Notes: generated by a model not told the origin, from the sequence alone. Positions 19,791-29,560 are shown, counted from the first letter of the stretch. The stretch is 64,000 bases of DNA from a bacterium (GCA_963674695.2 CAXXGI010000002.1:384001-448000), one strand, 5' to 3'. Numbers and translations: made by a program.

Positions 19791-20038
19791 CCGAGCTGTG
19801 CACAGACTGCCCTCCTGCCTGCCACGGCCTCCTTCCCGGAGGAGCCTAAAAGCGCGTTTGCGAGACCGACCGTAGGAGCTGCGAAAAGAGCGACTGGGTT
19901 CGCGAGTTGCGAGCTGACGGAGGAAGATCTGCAACTCGCGTCGTTGAACCCAGCGCTCTTTTCGTGGCGAGTAGGGAGGCGAGCGCGCTTGAGCGACGAA
20001 GGGAAAGAGGCCGTGGTAGGCAGTCGTCCGGCTCTCGG
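19791..20038 (+). other. About 250-nt rod-like nested inverted repeat (structured RNA or palindromic mobile element C)
   Basis: Four nested stems: CTGCCTGCCACGGCCTCCTTCCC/GGGAAAGAGGCCGTGGTAGGCAG, AAGCGCGTTTGC/GCGAGCGCGCTT, GCTGCGAAAAGAGCGACTGGGTTC/GAACCCAGCGCTCTTTTCGTGGC and CGCGAGTTGC/GCAACTCGCG. Confidence 0.7.
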
Positions 20039-20117
20039 TTTGAGAGGCGCGGATGCCCGAATGTGCACGAATGCCAGGTTGAAATGTCCTGTTCGCGATG
20101 CGACGGTAAAATTTCCT

Positions 20118-20145
20118 CGCAACATTTTACAAAGGGATGCGATAA
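20118..20145 (+). promoter_or_regulatory. Putative alternative-sigma promoter CGCAAC-N15-GCGATAA
   Basis: Same motif and spacing occur upstream of the genes starting at 46801 and 48134. The -10 box resembles the sigma-28 GCCGATAA. Confidence 0.5.
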
Positions 20146-20154
20146 GAGGGTGCT

Positions 20155-21722
20155 ATGACGCTCGCTTCCATCGTTCCCATCGGTTCACTCGTCGGGGTAT
20201 CGCCCGGCGTGCTCGAGTCCTATGGGCTCAAGTCGGCGGAGTGCGCCACGCTCCTCGAGCTGCAACCGGCCTCGCCCTTCGATTATGAAGTGCCGGAGGC
20301 GTTCGCCATCCCCGCGCGCGAAGATGCCAGCTTTGTCGAAGGCGATATCGACGACACCTTTGATGCGTTGACCTCGGGAATGGATGATCGCGCCGTCCTC
20401 ATGGCGCGCAGTTCGTCGAAGATCGAGGCGCCGGGGGCAAATCCAACCTATAGCGTGGGGTTCGATCCAACGGATCGATCCGGGAGTCGGAAGAACTTTC
20501 GCGATGCCGTCGTGCGCCTTCTCGACCATTCCCCGCAGATGGGGGTCCTGGCGATGCCGATGGTGGGAACGCCGCGTCAGGTCGAGGGCGCCGGGCTCAC
20601 CTTTGGCTATGACAACGTGAGCTTCGTGGCCGATTCCCACCATCCCGCCTCTCCCGACGAGATGCACTTCGCCCTTGTGCACGGCCTGGGGACGCGCGCG
20701 CATTCGATTCGAATGCAGGATATATCTCCGTGGCCGCAACGCGCAAAGACGCGCTGATCACGCATATCGGCACTTTTGCGAAGGAGATCATCTGCGAGCA
20801 ATGTGCCAGCGTTCATCCCGCCCGCAATCAGCGCGACTATCGGCAGAAGGCGGCCGATTTTTTCTCCCTTTCCCACGGCCGGATCGAGAGCGGTTTGCTC
20901 GATGCCGATATATTCAAAGAGGAGTACGGCTATCTTCTCCTGAAGGACCGTCTTCTGAAGGACCGTCTTCTGAAGAATCGTCCTCTGAAGGAATATCTGC
21001 GCAATTTGAATGAGGGGGATATCGTCGGAATATTTCCCCTGGAGAAGGCGGCGATGTATACGCATCTTTCAGGGGCATTGCGCTATCTCTTCGAAAAGAT
21101 CGGGCCGGTGCAGATCGAAGGGTGTTTCACCCACCGCCGTTCGACAAAGCTCTATCTCTATCAGTTGCTGCGTGTTCCCGAACTGCCGGTCGATCATCAT
21201 GCGGTGAATATCAGTGATCCCATCCTCTCCTCGACGCGTGTGATCGGGCGCAGCGATTTTACGGGGCCGCTCATGCGCATTTCAGAGCGAATGCTCAGCG
21301 GTCTGGACGCTGCTGCCCAATTAGAAGGGAGCCCTTTGCCTTTTGTTGGGATTCGTTCCGAAGTGCGGCGGGAGGTTCAGATCATACGAGATTTCGATAA
21401 GCGTCACAGAAGGAATGGCTACGCACTCTTGGCGCCGAATCACTCGCGAGCGCTGGTGGCGCTTACGCCCAACTGTCGGTGTCGTCTCTCCGCGTTGTGG
21501 GAGAACCCCTCGAACCATTCGGTGACGATGATGCGTTTTCAGATCGATGCTGAACCTCATGCAGGGCATCACATCGCATGGAAGGTTGAGGGTCCCCTCG
21601 TTGATCGGCAAGTGACCAACAACGACTTCGAGATCATCCCCAAGGTACATCTCGTCTCCAACGGACGCGAGATGGCCGTCGAGCGGGTCAAACGAACATT
21701 TCGCGAGTGGCTCTTCGGGTAG
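20155..21722 (+). pseudogene. PEP/pyruvate-binding (PPDK_N-like) domain protein, frameshifted at about 20693-20701
   Basis: ORF 20155-20757 has VPEAFAI, ARSSS, MGVLAMPMVG and VHGLGTRA. ORF 20730-21722 has PVQIEG..LYLYQ. Deleting one CG from ACGCGCGCGCATTC joins them as GLGTRA-FDSNAGYISV. Confidence 0.6.
20940..20999 (+). repeat. In-frame 15-bp tandem repeat (LKDRL-LKDRL-LKNRP-LKEYL)
   Basis: CTGAAGGACCGTCTT x2 followed by two degenerate copies. Confidence 0.8.
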
Positions 21723-21758
21723 GCGACGTTTGTTCGCTCAATGCGTTGCGATGATGCA

Positions 21759-21792
21759 CAACGCCCGGATGCCTTTCGGCACCCGGGCGTTG
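21759..21792. terminator. GC-rich hairpin between convergent genes
   Basis: CAACGCCCGGATGCC-TTTC-GGCACCCGGGCGTTG; no clear U-tract. Confidence 0.5.
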
Positions 21793-21824
21793 CGTTGTGA
21801 GCTTTTCGATGGTGTGTCCGATGC

Positions 21825-21965
21825 TTATTCGGCATCTTCACAGGGAATGCACTGGCCTTCTTCATCGACGCCGCACGGACACTCTTCTTCTTGGGCGAGC
21901 ACGTTCGCTGAGGTCGTTACCGCCAGCAGGATCGCCATCATGGCGAGCAGCAGGAAACGTTTCAT
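21825..21965 (-). CDS. Small secreted acidic Cys-rich peptide (46 aa; absent from the ORF track)
   Basis: MKRFLLLAMMAILLAVTTSANVLA-QEEECPCGVDEEGQCIPCEDAE. Strong RBS AAAGGAGGTGA, Sec signal ending VLA, hairpin downstream. Confidence 0.8.
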   Translation of the reverse strand: MKRFLLLAMMAILLAVTTSANVLAQEEECPCGVDEEGQCIPCEDAE

Positions 21966-22227
21966 GGCTCACCTCCTTTCATGAGCCCCCATTGTCCATC
22001 CAGTGCCAGGCGAAAGTAAAGCGGAATCATCATGCCCAGACGCCCATGGGGTGGGGTTTTCCTCGGATCGGGGGGTGCGATTTGCCCCGCCCGAAAAGCG
22101 TTCATTTCAGCCAAAAGGAGCGGCTATTTTGCCATCCGAATCATGCGCGGCAAATTGAACCTGCCGTTGCAGGCGAGGGGTGAAGAGGTCCTTTACAATT
22201 GAGGGGGGTTGATTTCATGATCAACCC

Positions 22228-22776
22228 ATGCATGCCGCCGGTGCCAAATTTGCCTACTACAAAAAACTCCCCCCGGCGCAGAAGCGCATCTACGATCTGA
22301 GCGATCGGCTCACGGTGGTGAAGCTCCCTGCACCGGAACGGTTCTATCCCTTGGTCTCCACCCTCGAAAAACGACTCGCGGCCGATGATCAGGCGGGCAC
22401 GAAGGGTGCGGCACAGGAGCTGATGCGTGCGCTCTGCGATGCCTTTCGTATTCCGCGCGTTTCCGTCAAGGTGCTCGCGCGCCGCCCCGCGAGCGGCGGG
22501 GGTGAACTGCATGGCCTCTATGTCGCCGAAGAGGGGGCGACCCCCGTGGTGACCCTCTGGATGCGCACGGCCAAGCGCAAGCAGGTCGTCGCCTTCCGCA
22601 CCTTCCTGCGCACGCTCCTGCACGAGTTTCTCCACCACCTCGATTTTGCGCACCTCAAGATGCGCGAATCCTATCACACCGAGGGGTTCTACAAGCGCGA
22701 GTCTTCTCTCGCTCGTGCGCTCTTGGGCGAGCCGCGTTCCGGGGATCGGCCGACCGGGGGTTCACAACAGCAATGA
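22228..22776 (+). CDS. Hypothetical protein with HExxH motif (small zincin/SprT-like)
   Basis: [11 protein letters not shown] followed by SYHTEGFY. Confidence 0.65.
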   Translation: MHAAGAKFAYYKKLPPAQKRIYDLSDRLTVVKLPAPERFYPLVSTLEKRLAADDQAGTKGAAQELMRALCDAFRIPRVSVKVLARRPASGGGELHGLYVAEEGATPVVTLWMRTAKRKQVVAFRTFLRTLLHEFLHHLDFAHLKMRESYHTEGFYKRESSLARALLGEPRSGDRPTGGSQQQ

Positions 22777-22795
22777 AATGGCTTATTATTGGTGT

Positions 22796-23407
22796 ATGCG
22801 AATGACATTCCAGATACTCGTCCTGGTTGCAGGGGTTGTGGTCTTGGCAACGGGGTGTTCGTCGTCCGCATCCGGACGCGAGCGGGAGGAATCGATGACA
22901 GAGAAGCGGTTATCATCACCGAAGGATGAAAAACAAACCGAGGTTGCTGTCTTTGCCGCCGGGTGTTTCTGGGGCGTGCAGGCCCAATTCGATGCCGTGC
23001 CGGGGGTGATCGAGACGAGAGTTGGGTACACCGGGGGGACGTCCAAAGATCCGACGTATGAAGATGTGAAAACCGGGAGCACGGGGCATGCCGAGGCGGT
23101 GCGCATCGTCTTCGATCCGGCCAAGGTTTCCTATGAGCAGCTGCTCGATCGTTTTTGGGCGCTACATGATCCCACACAGGTGGATCGCCAGGGGGTGGAT
23201 GTGGGCACGCAGTATCGTTCGGCGATTCTCGTGGGGTCGCCCGAACAGCGCCGTGTGGCGGAAGCATCCAAAGGGCGACACGCCGCACGTCTTGCTCCCG
23301 AGCGTTCGATCGCGACGCAGGTTGTCGATGCGGGCCCCTTCTATGACGCCGAGGAATATCACCAGCGCTATCTCCAAAAACAGGGTTCCGCGTCCTGCCC
23401 GCGATAG
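22796..23407 (+). CDS. msrA: Peptide-methionine (S)-S-oxide reductase, exported lipoprotein form
   Basis: [32 protein letters not shown]; N-terminal LATGC lipobox. Confidence 0.93.
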   Translation: MRMTFQILVLVAGVVVLATGCSSSASGREREESMTEKRLSSPKDEKQTEVAVFAAGCFWGVQAQFDAVPGVIETRVGYTGGTSKDPTYEDVKTGSTGHAEAVRIVFDPAKVSYEQLLDRFWALHDPTQVDRQGVDVGTQYRSAILVGSPEQRRVAEASKGRHAARLAPERSIATQVVDAGPFYDAEEYHQRYLQKQGSASCPR

Positions 23408-23479
23408 GGAGGGGTGGACGTTTGAAGCGCACCGGGCTATGTATCGTGTCGTCGAAATGAATCGCGTCGAGGGGGTGGT

Positions 23480-23875
23480 ATGGATCAAGTCAAGAAGCGT
23501 ATCCTGATCATCGAGGATGAACGCGAGATGGCGGAGATGCTCAAGGAGAGCTTCGAGAGTCACGACTTTGAGGTGCAGCTCGCGTTCGACGGTCAGGTTG
23601 GGTTTGATGCCGTTTCCGAATTTCACCCCGATTGCATCATCCTCGATGTGATGATGCCAAAGCTCGATGGGTTTCATGTCTGCCGCCTGATCAAGTTCAA
23701 CGAGAGCACCAAAGGCATCCCGGTGGTCATTATCTCCGCGCGCGGCGATGAGACCGATCGTGTCGTGGGCTACGAGGTGCGTGCTGATGCCTACATCACC
23801 AAGCCCTTCGAGTGGAAACATCTACTCCACACCGTCGATCGTCTCATGCTCGAGGCGGTAACAGAGTCATCCTGA
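23480..23875 (+). CDS. Single-domain response regulator receiver
   Basis: ILIIEDE, ILDVMMPKLDG, YITKPF. Confidence 0.92.
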   Translation: MDQVKKRILIIEDEREMAEMLKESFESHDFEVQLAFDGQVGFDAVSEFHPDCIILDVMMPKLDGFHVCRLIKFNESTKGIPVVIISARGDETDRVVGYEVRADAYITKPFEWKHLLHTVDRLMLEAVTESS

Positions 23876-26800
23876 TGTTTTTCGCCATCGAAGTCTGAGT
23901 TTTTCAATATTGAGAAAAATAGTAGGTGTCAGAATGAAGGTGAAGATGATCGATGCGATCATGCCGCCGGCCAGCACCGCGCCCATCGAAGCCTTTGCCA
24001 CGTCATGGGATGTGAGCTGAGGCAGGACGCCGAAGACGATCGCGATCGACGTCATGAGAATCGCGCGAAACTTCTCTTTCACCCCTTTCCAGAGTGCGTC
24101 TTGAATTTCCAGCCCGCTTTGCCTAAATCGCATCGTGGCATCGATCATCAGGATGGAGTTGTTCACCACGAGTCCGACCAGCATGACCATTGAGAGCATC
24201 GAGGCGAGGTTGACGGAAGAACGCATGAAGAACATCAGCAGAAAGACGCCGGAGAACGAGGTGATGATAGAGGAGCCGATGGTGAACGGATGGACGGCGG
24301 AGTTGAGCAGTCCCGCCAGGACCATAAACGTAAGAATGGCCGCGAGAAGGAAGGCCCGTCCGATCTCCTCTTCGGATTCCTCTTGATTCTCTGCATCGCC
24401 TACCCAGCGATATCCATATCCATCATCAAAATTGATAGAGTTTAGGGATTCGCCAATTATTGTCATTGCTTCGCCCGCTGTGCCACGCGCGAGGTATCCG
24501 TCGATCTGAATGATGCGATCGCGATCTCGCCGCCAGATCGCGGGAATTGCTTTACTCCGCTGCACCGTTCCGAGTTCAGTGATGGGGAGTAACCCCTTTT
24601 TGGTAATGATGTTGATCTGTTCGATGTCATCGAAGCTGTTTTTGTAGTATTCATCCATCTCGATATTGATGTCATATTCCTCCCCCCTCTCCTTAAAGAT
24701 GTTCGAATCATCTCCGTAGATCGAAGCGCGGATTGCCTGTGCAAGACTGGCATAGGGGATGCCCTGGATCGTCATTGCTGCTTCGTTGGGGGTAAATCGT
24801 ATTTCGCTTTTTGGTTTTTTGTAGCTCGATGTTGCTGATCGCAGGATTCCCGTCGAATTCATGCGTTCGACAATGTCGCTGGCATATGCGATGAGTTGTT
24901 CATAGTCATCGCCATAAATATGAGCGGTGATGTCGGCGTTTCCCAATCCAATAGTCTTTCCGCGGATGAGCTGAATTTCCGCTCCCGGGATAGCTGCGGC
25001 TTTCGGAAGCAATGCTTCGATAATATCAGCATCGCTTCGTTTGCGCTCGGAATTTGGAATCAGGTTGACGGTAACGAGCGCATTTTCAACGCCGTTATTG
25101 CCGATGCGCGTGAAGATTGACTTCACTTCGGGCAGGGGGGCAAAGATCTGTTCGATGTCTGATGCGATTTCCAATGTGCGGTCGATTGTTGATCCTTGAG
25201 GTGCGACGATATCGACATCGATCTTGTTTTCATCCGACGCTGGAATAAACTCGTTGCCAATAAATGAAACAAGAGTTGCGGAACCAATGCACACGGCTAG
25301 AACCAGTACAATGGTGGCGACGCTGTGACGCAGGGTCCAATCGAATATCGGTTTGTACCGAACAATCAGGGCTCGCATGATGCGCTGGGTCAGGCGGACC
25401 ATCCGGCGGCGTGGCGGCATGCCCTTTGGTCGCGGACGAAGGATGAGGCCGCACAACATTGGGGTGAGGCTGAAAGAAGCGATTAACGAAAAGATCGTGG
25501 CGTAGACGACTGTTAGCCCGAATTGACGCATGAAGGGGCCGGGTGTGCCACCGACGAAAGCAATCGGGGTGAAGACGACAAGATTGGTGCCGGCAGAAGC
25601 AATGATGGCATCGACGACATCACGTGTTCCTTTGATCGCCGCTGTTTGGCTGTCCTCGCTTACGTCAAGGTGCTCCAGAACACTTTCGATGACGACGATC
25701 GCGTTAGCGATGAGGGTTCCCATCGCCATGGCGATTGCGAGCAGCGTTATCATGTTGATCGTAAAACCTGACAAATCGATCAAAAAGAGTGCAGAGACGA
25801 TGGAAGCTGGAATGATGATTGCCGCAATAAAGGTGGTTCGACCATTTCCCGTGAAGAGATAGAGGACGATGACGGTAAGCACAATGCCCATCAGAATGTT
25901 GAACAGGGTGTCATTGGTTTCTCGAAGGATGTAGCGGGAATTGTCCGTTGCGATTTTTAGGTCAACACCTTTCGGGAGAAAACTTCGGAGCTCATCCAGA
26001 TGGTCATGTAAGGTTTGCGCAATGGCTACCGTATTGCCGTCGTTCGATTTGATGATGGATATCCCGACCGCATCCTTTGCGTTGAAACGGGCAATCGATT
26101 CGATTTCCTTATGCCCATCGGTGATGGTGGCAATCTGAGCGAGGTGCAGCATCGATCCGTCGCGCGAGATAAGCTCCATATGACCGATTTCATCGACCGA
26201 TGTGAATTCGCCGAGGAAGCGGACGTTGATGGAATTTTCCTCCTTTTCGATCATGCCGCCCGGAAGGTTTAAGTTGCGTTGACCGAGGGCACGGATGATG
26301 TCGCTGATGCCGATAAAATATTGTTTTGCCAATATTGGATCGACAGAGATGTTGATCTGACGCTCTTTCCCGCCGATGATGTCGACGGACGCCACGCCCT
26401 CGATGCTGGAGAGCTTGCTCTTAAGTGTTTTGTCGGCAAATTCATAGAGATCACGACTGTCTACAGTGTCGCTGGTGAGGACAAGATTCATGACCGGAAG
26501 GGCAAGCGGATCGAATTTTTCAACCAACGGTTTTTCAGCCCCAGAAGGAAGGTCGTTGAGAATGGCCTCGATCTTGTCCTTCGCCTCCATTGTCTTGATG
26601 TTGGCATCGGCTTCGATTTCGAATTCAATTGTGACGATGCCGACATTTTCATAGGAGCGGCTGGTGAGCTTTTTAATTTCTGAGAGTTCCGAAACCGCAT
26701 CCTCAACCTTCTTGACGACCTGTACCTCCACTTCGATCGGCGTTGCTCCCGGGTATTCGCAGGTGACGGTGACGATCGGAAGGTCAACCTTTGGGGTCAG

Positions 26801-26899
26801 CTCGATGGCAAGGTTGAAATACGAGACAAACCCCAGGATGACGAAGAAGAGAACGACGACGATGGTTGTGACCGGTCGGCGAACGAAGAATTCAATCAT
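23867..26899 (-). CDS. Efflux RND transporter permease (AcrB family)
   Basis: About 1010 aa; FFVRRPV start, twofold RND architecture, RAILMTS motif. Confidence 0.93.
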   Translation of the reverse strand: MIEFFVRRPVTTIVVVLFFVILGFVSYFNLAIELTPKVDLPIVTVTCEYPGATPIEVEVQVVKKVEDAVSELSEIKKLTSRSYENVGIVTIEFEIEADANIKTMEAKDKIEAILNDLPSGAEKPLVEKFDPLALPVMNLVLTSDTVDSRDLYEFADKTLKSKLSSIEGVASVDIIGGKERQINISVDPILAKQYFIGISDIIRALGQRNLNLPGGMIEKEENSINVRFLGEFTSVDEIGHMELISRDGSMLHLAQIATITDGHKEIESIARFNAKDAVGISIIKSNDGNTVAIAQTLHDHLDELRSFLPKGVDLKIATDNSRYILRETNDTLFNILMGIVLTVIVLYLFTGNGRTTFIAAIIIPASIVSALFLIDLSGFTINMITLLAIAMAMGTLIANAIVVIESVLEHLDVSEDSQTAAIKGTRDVVDAIIASAGTNLVVFTPIAFVGGTPGPFMRQFGLTVVYATIFSLIASFSLTPMLCGLILRPRPKGMPPRRRMVRLTQRIMRALIVRYKPIFDWTLRHSVATIVLVLAVCIGSATLVSFIGNEFIPASDENKIDVDIVAPQGSTIDRTLEIASDIEQIFAPLPEVKSIFTRIGNNGVENALVTVNLIPNSERKRSDADIIEALLPKAAAIPGAEIQLIRGKTIGLGNADITAHIYGDDYEQLIAYASDIVERMNSTGILRSATSSYKKPKSEIRFTPNEAAMTIQGIPYASLAQAIRASIYGDDSNIFKERGEEYDINIEMDEYYKNSFDDIEQINIITKKGLLPITELGTVQRSKAIPAIWRRDRDRIIQIDGYLARGTAGEAMTIIGESLNSINFDDGYGYRWVGDAENQEESEEEIGRAFLLAAILTFMVLAGLLNSAVHPFTIGSSIITSFSGVFLLMFFMRSSVNLASMLSMVMLVGLVVNNSILMIDATMRFRQSGLEIQDALWKGVKEKFRAILMTSIAIVFGVLPQLTSHDVAKASMGAVLAGGMIASIIFTFILTPTIFLNIEKLRLRWRKTSG

Positions 26900-27627
26900 A
26901 AGTCGGTCCTCTCTGAAAAGCAGGGAATGGTGCGGCGAATTCGTATGAGCGCATCATCTCGCAGGAATGTGTGTCCGTTCGTCACAAGGACATCGCTTTC
27001 AGCGAGGCCGCTGGTAACGAGAGCGTAGAGGCTGTCCTCAGCGGCAAGTGTGATTGTCTTCGATTTGGCGCGTCCATCCTGAACAATCCAGACGATTGCG
27101 GAATGACTGTTCGTTGAAATGGCGTCCGATGGAATAATCAGGGCGTCAGGGATCGTCCGCGTGAAAATGCGGATATGATAGAAAGGTGCTTTCGGGAGTT
27201 CGGACGAAGTATTCGAGACGATGACGACCCGATAGAGTCCCGTATCGATATCGCGCGTCGAGTTTACAGAGATGACGCGTGCCGGAATGGAATCGCTGTC
27301 GGTGAGGTCGATGCGTGCAAGCTGGCCAGCCCGCAATTGATCATGGAGATGCTTGCTCACCAGGCTCACGAGGTGGTTGTCCTGAGCGCGCAGGGCGGTG
27401 GTTTGTGCGGCGATGTGATACGGATGAATGTCGATAACGCAGGTGTCGACGGGGATGCCGTGTTCCGTAAACTCTTTGGCGAAGCGGTGGCGCTCTTGTC
27501 CCTCATCGGCGGTGATGCGCATGATCTGTATGGCGATACTGCCGACGAGCAACAGTGCGATACCGATTCCGATCGCAATGGATCTCCTCGTTCGGCGAGA
27601 ACCTATCGGTTGTGGCGGTTGCGCCAT
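26896..27627 (-). CDS. Short RND periplasmic adaptor subunit
   Basis: N-terminal TM; C-terminal ALIIPSDAI..VWIVQDGRA..SGLAESDVLVTNG membrane-proximal motif; lies between TolC and RND genes. Confidence 0.75.
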   Translation of the reverse strand: MAQPPQPIGSRRTRRSIAIGIGIALLLVGSIAIQIMRITADEGQERHRFAKEFTEHGIPVDTCVIDIHPYHIAAQTTALRAQDNHLVSLVSKHLHDQLRAGQLARIDLTDSDSIPARVISVNSTRDIDTGLYRVVIVSNTSSELPKAPFYHIRIFTRTIPDALIIPSDAISTNSHSAIVWIVQDGRAKSKTITLAAEDSLYALVTSGLAESDVLVTNGHTFLRDDALIRIRRTIPCFSERTDL

Positions 27628-28985
27628 GATTTTTCCCCCGTTCCGGATATCAGTCGTTCAATTCGGGCGATCGTGTCGTTGATGGTATAGAGGGTCAGTG
27701 CGGCGTTAAGCTTGTTGCGTGTGAGTTGCAATTCTGCGTCGTTGAGATCCAGCAGGGATTTGCCTCCGGTGCGAAAAACATCCTGCTGTGCCTCAAGGGA
27801 TTCCTGAGAGAGACGTACCGCTTCCCGATTAGCGCGATAGGTCTCGCGCATATGATCGTATTCGGATATGGCGTTTCGAAGTTCCAGGGTCAGGTCGCGC
27901 TGGGCCTTCTGCAGTTGAAGTTCGGAGTTGGCCTTGCTCAGCAGGGCCTGCTTGTAGATCGCCCAGGTTCGGTTTCCGTTCCAAAGAGGGATGCTCACAT
28001 TGAGCCCGATGGTGCCCAAATTTTGAAAGGCACTTTTCCCGATGTAGGCATGATTCGATTGTCCGAAGAGCGTATAGTTTGCATATGCTCCGATCGTCGG
28101 AAAGTATTGTGAACGTTCCTTCTTTGCCAATGCGGCGTGGAAATCAATCGTGCTGGATAGGAGTTTAAGCCGTGGTTCGATGTCGAGCATATCGTCGAGC
28201 GCGGTATCGACATCGTATTGCGGAAAGTGTTGTGTCAGAGGATCGATCAGGACGATCATTTGTTCGTTCGGAATGCCGATGAGGCGTTTGAGGTATCGCC
28301 GGGCAAGGTCGAGATCGCTCTCCGCCTCCTTCAGCGCGGGAACGCGAGCCGCTATATCTGCCATCGATTTGATCCCATCGCTTTTGGGAATGCGACCGTA
28401 GGAAAATCGTTCATCGAGAATCTGCTTGTTCTTTGCAGCATTCTGATAGGAGCCCTTAGCGATGGCGACGACCTTCTGTGCGAGCAGTACCGTGATATAC
28501 GCCTTTGCCGTCGTGTAGGCCATCTCTCTTGTGCTGGCCTCTAGGCCGAAGCGGCTCATGCTTTTTCCATGGACTGCCGCTCGAATGGCGTTTTTGATCT
28601 TGCCGAAGGTAAAGACCGTCTGTTCCAGCGTGACGGCGGTGGCGAAGTCAAATTTCTTTCCCAGCTCCATGGAGATGGGGGCCGCACCCGGGACGGCTGC
28701 GACTTCCATCGACTGCACCTTCGGATAATAGTTGTAGCCAGCGTCGGCGTTGATGTGGGGCAGGGCGCTCGACAGTGCCTGTGTGTGGCGGTATTCGCTT
28801 GTGGTCACATCATTTTGTCGCTGACGCACGTTTTCGCTGGAGTCGATGGCCATGTCGATGGCTTCGGCCAAGGAGAGGCGAAGTGATTCAATGGCATCCG
28901 TGTGTTGGCACCATCCCGTGGGTGTGTGCATACAGGAGATGAGCAGGATGCAGATATATACAAGAGAGCGATGTGGATGTTTCAT
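27603..28985 (-). CDS. TolC family outer membrane efflux protein
   Basis: LSLAEAIDMA, LPHIN, SIPLWNG and SLLDLNDAE motifs. Start reassigned to 28985. Confidence 0.9.
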   Translation of the reverse strand: MKHPHRSLVYICILLISCMHTPTGWCQHTDAIESLRLSLAEAIDMAIDSSENVRQRQNDVTTSEYRHTQALSSALPHINADAGYNYYPKVQSMEVAAVPGAAPISMELGKKFDFATAVTLEQTVFTFGKIKNAIRAAVHGKSMSRFGLEASTREMAYTTAKAYITVLLAQKVVAIAKGSYQNAAKNKQILDERFSYGRIPKSDGIKSMADIAARVPALKEAESDLDLARRYLKRLIGIPNEQMIVLIDPLTQHFPQYDVDTALDDMLDIEPRLKLLSSTIDFHAALAKKERSQYFPTIGAYANYTLFGQSNHAYIGKSAFQNLGTIGLNVSIPLWNGNRTWAIYKQALLSKANSELQLQKAQRDLTLELRNAISEYDHMRETYRANREAVRLSQESLEAQQDVFRTGGKSLLDLNDAELQLTRNKLNAALTLYTINDTIARIERLISGTGEKSWRNRHNR

Positions 28986-29560
28986 GATGGTTCCTTGGTG
29001 GAATGCTTTTCCGCACCCTCCTGAAGGATGCGGATGGCCTTTCGGCACCAGCGTTTCTTCATCTGGAAGTATTCGACGCCTAATTCTCCCATGAGCTGAA
29101 ACATCGTGTTTTGTCGGGGCAGCGGAAGTGGTTTCATCGCCGCCTTCTTTTGCGGAATCTCATCGAGGCATCGCTGAATGCGGGCGATTTCATTGTTGAG
29201 CACCTCGATGTTGTAGATCGGTTCGACGTTAAACCCCATGAAGAGTTTGAGCATCGTTTCATCACGGATAACGATTTTATCGGGCGGTGTGTGCAGATAG
29301 GCGATGAGTTCCTTTTGTCCGCGTTTGGTGATGGAATAGCGAACTTTATTCGGGCGTCCCTTCTGTTCGATATGCTTTCGGGTAACCAGCTTCTCTGTTT
29401 CGAGCTGGGCGAGCACCTTGTAGATCTGCCCATAGCTTTCGCTCCAGACGGTGGGCAGGAGTGTTTCGATATCCTTCTTGATGTCATAGCCAGTCTTGGG
29501 CTGAATGGAGAGCATGCCCAGGACGGCGAAGCGCGTCTTGTTTCGTCTGGAGGTCGTCAC
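28982..29560 (-). CDS. PadR family transcriptional regulator
   Basis: VLGMLSIQPKTGYDI, WSESYGQIY, YSITKRG; first gene of the efflux operon. Confidence 0.92.
   Translation of the reverse strand: MTTSRRNKTRFAVLGMLSIQPKTGYDIKKDIETLLPTVWSESYGQIYKVLAQLETEKLVTRKHIEQKGRPNKVRYSITKRGQKELIAYLHTPPDKIVIRDETMLKLFMGFNVEPIYNIEVLNNEIARIQRCLDEIPQKKAAMKPLPLPRQNTMFQLMGELGVEYFQMKKRWCRKAIRILQEGAEKHSTKEPS

Noticed and set aside
19686-20288. 200-aa ORF MTIPLVFVIPAEAGIS.. and similar VIPA(K/E)AGIS ORFs at 3607, 49184 and 50445
   Set aside because: Translations of REP palindromes, with no RBS or family motif.
21730-22183. Plus-strand ORFs 21730-21984 and 21797-22183
   Set aside because: No RBS or motifs; the minus-strand 46-aa ORF has a strong SD and signal peptide.
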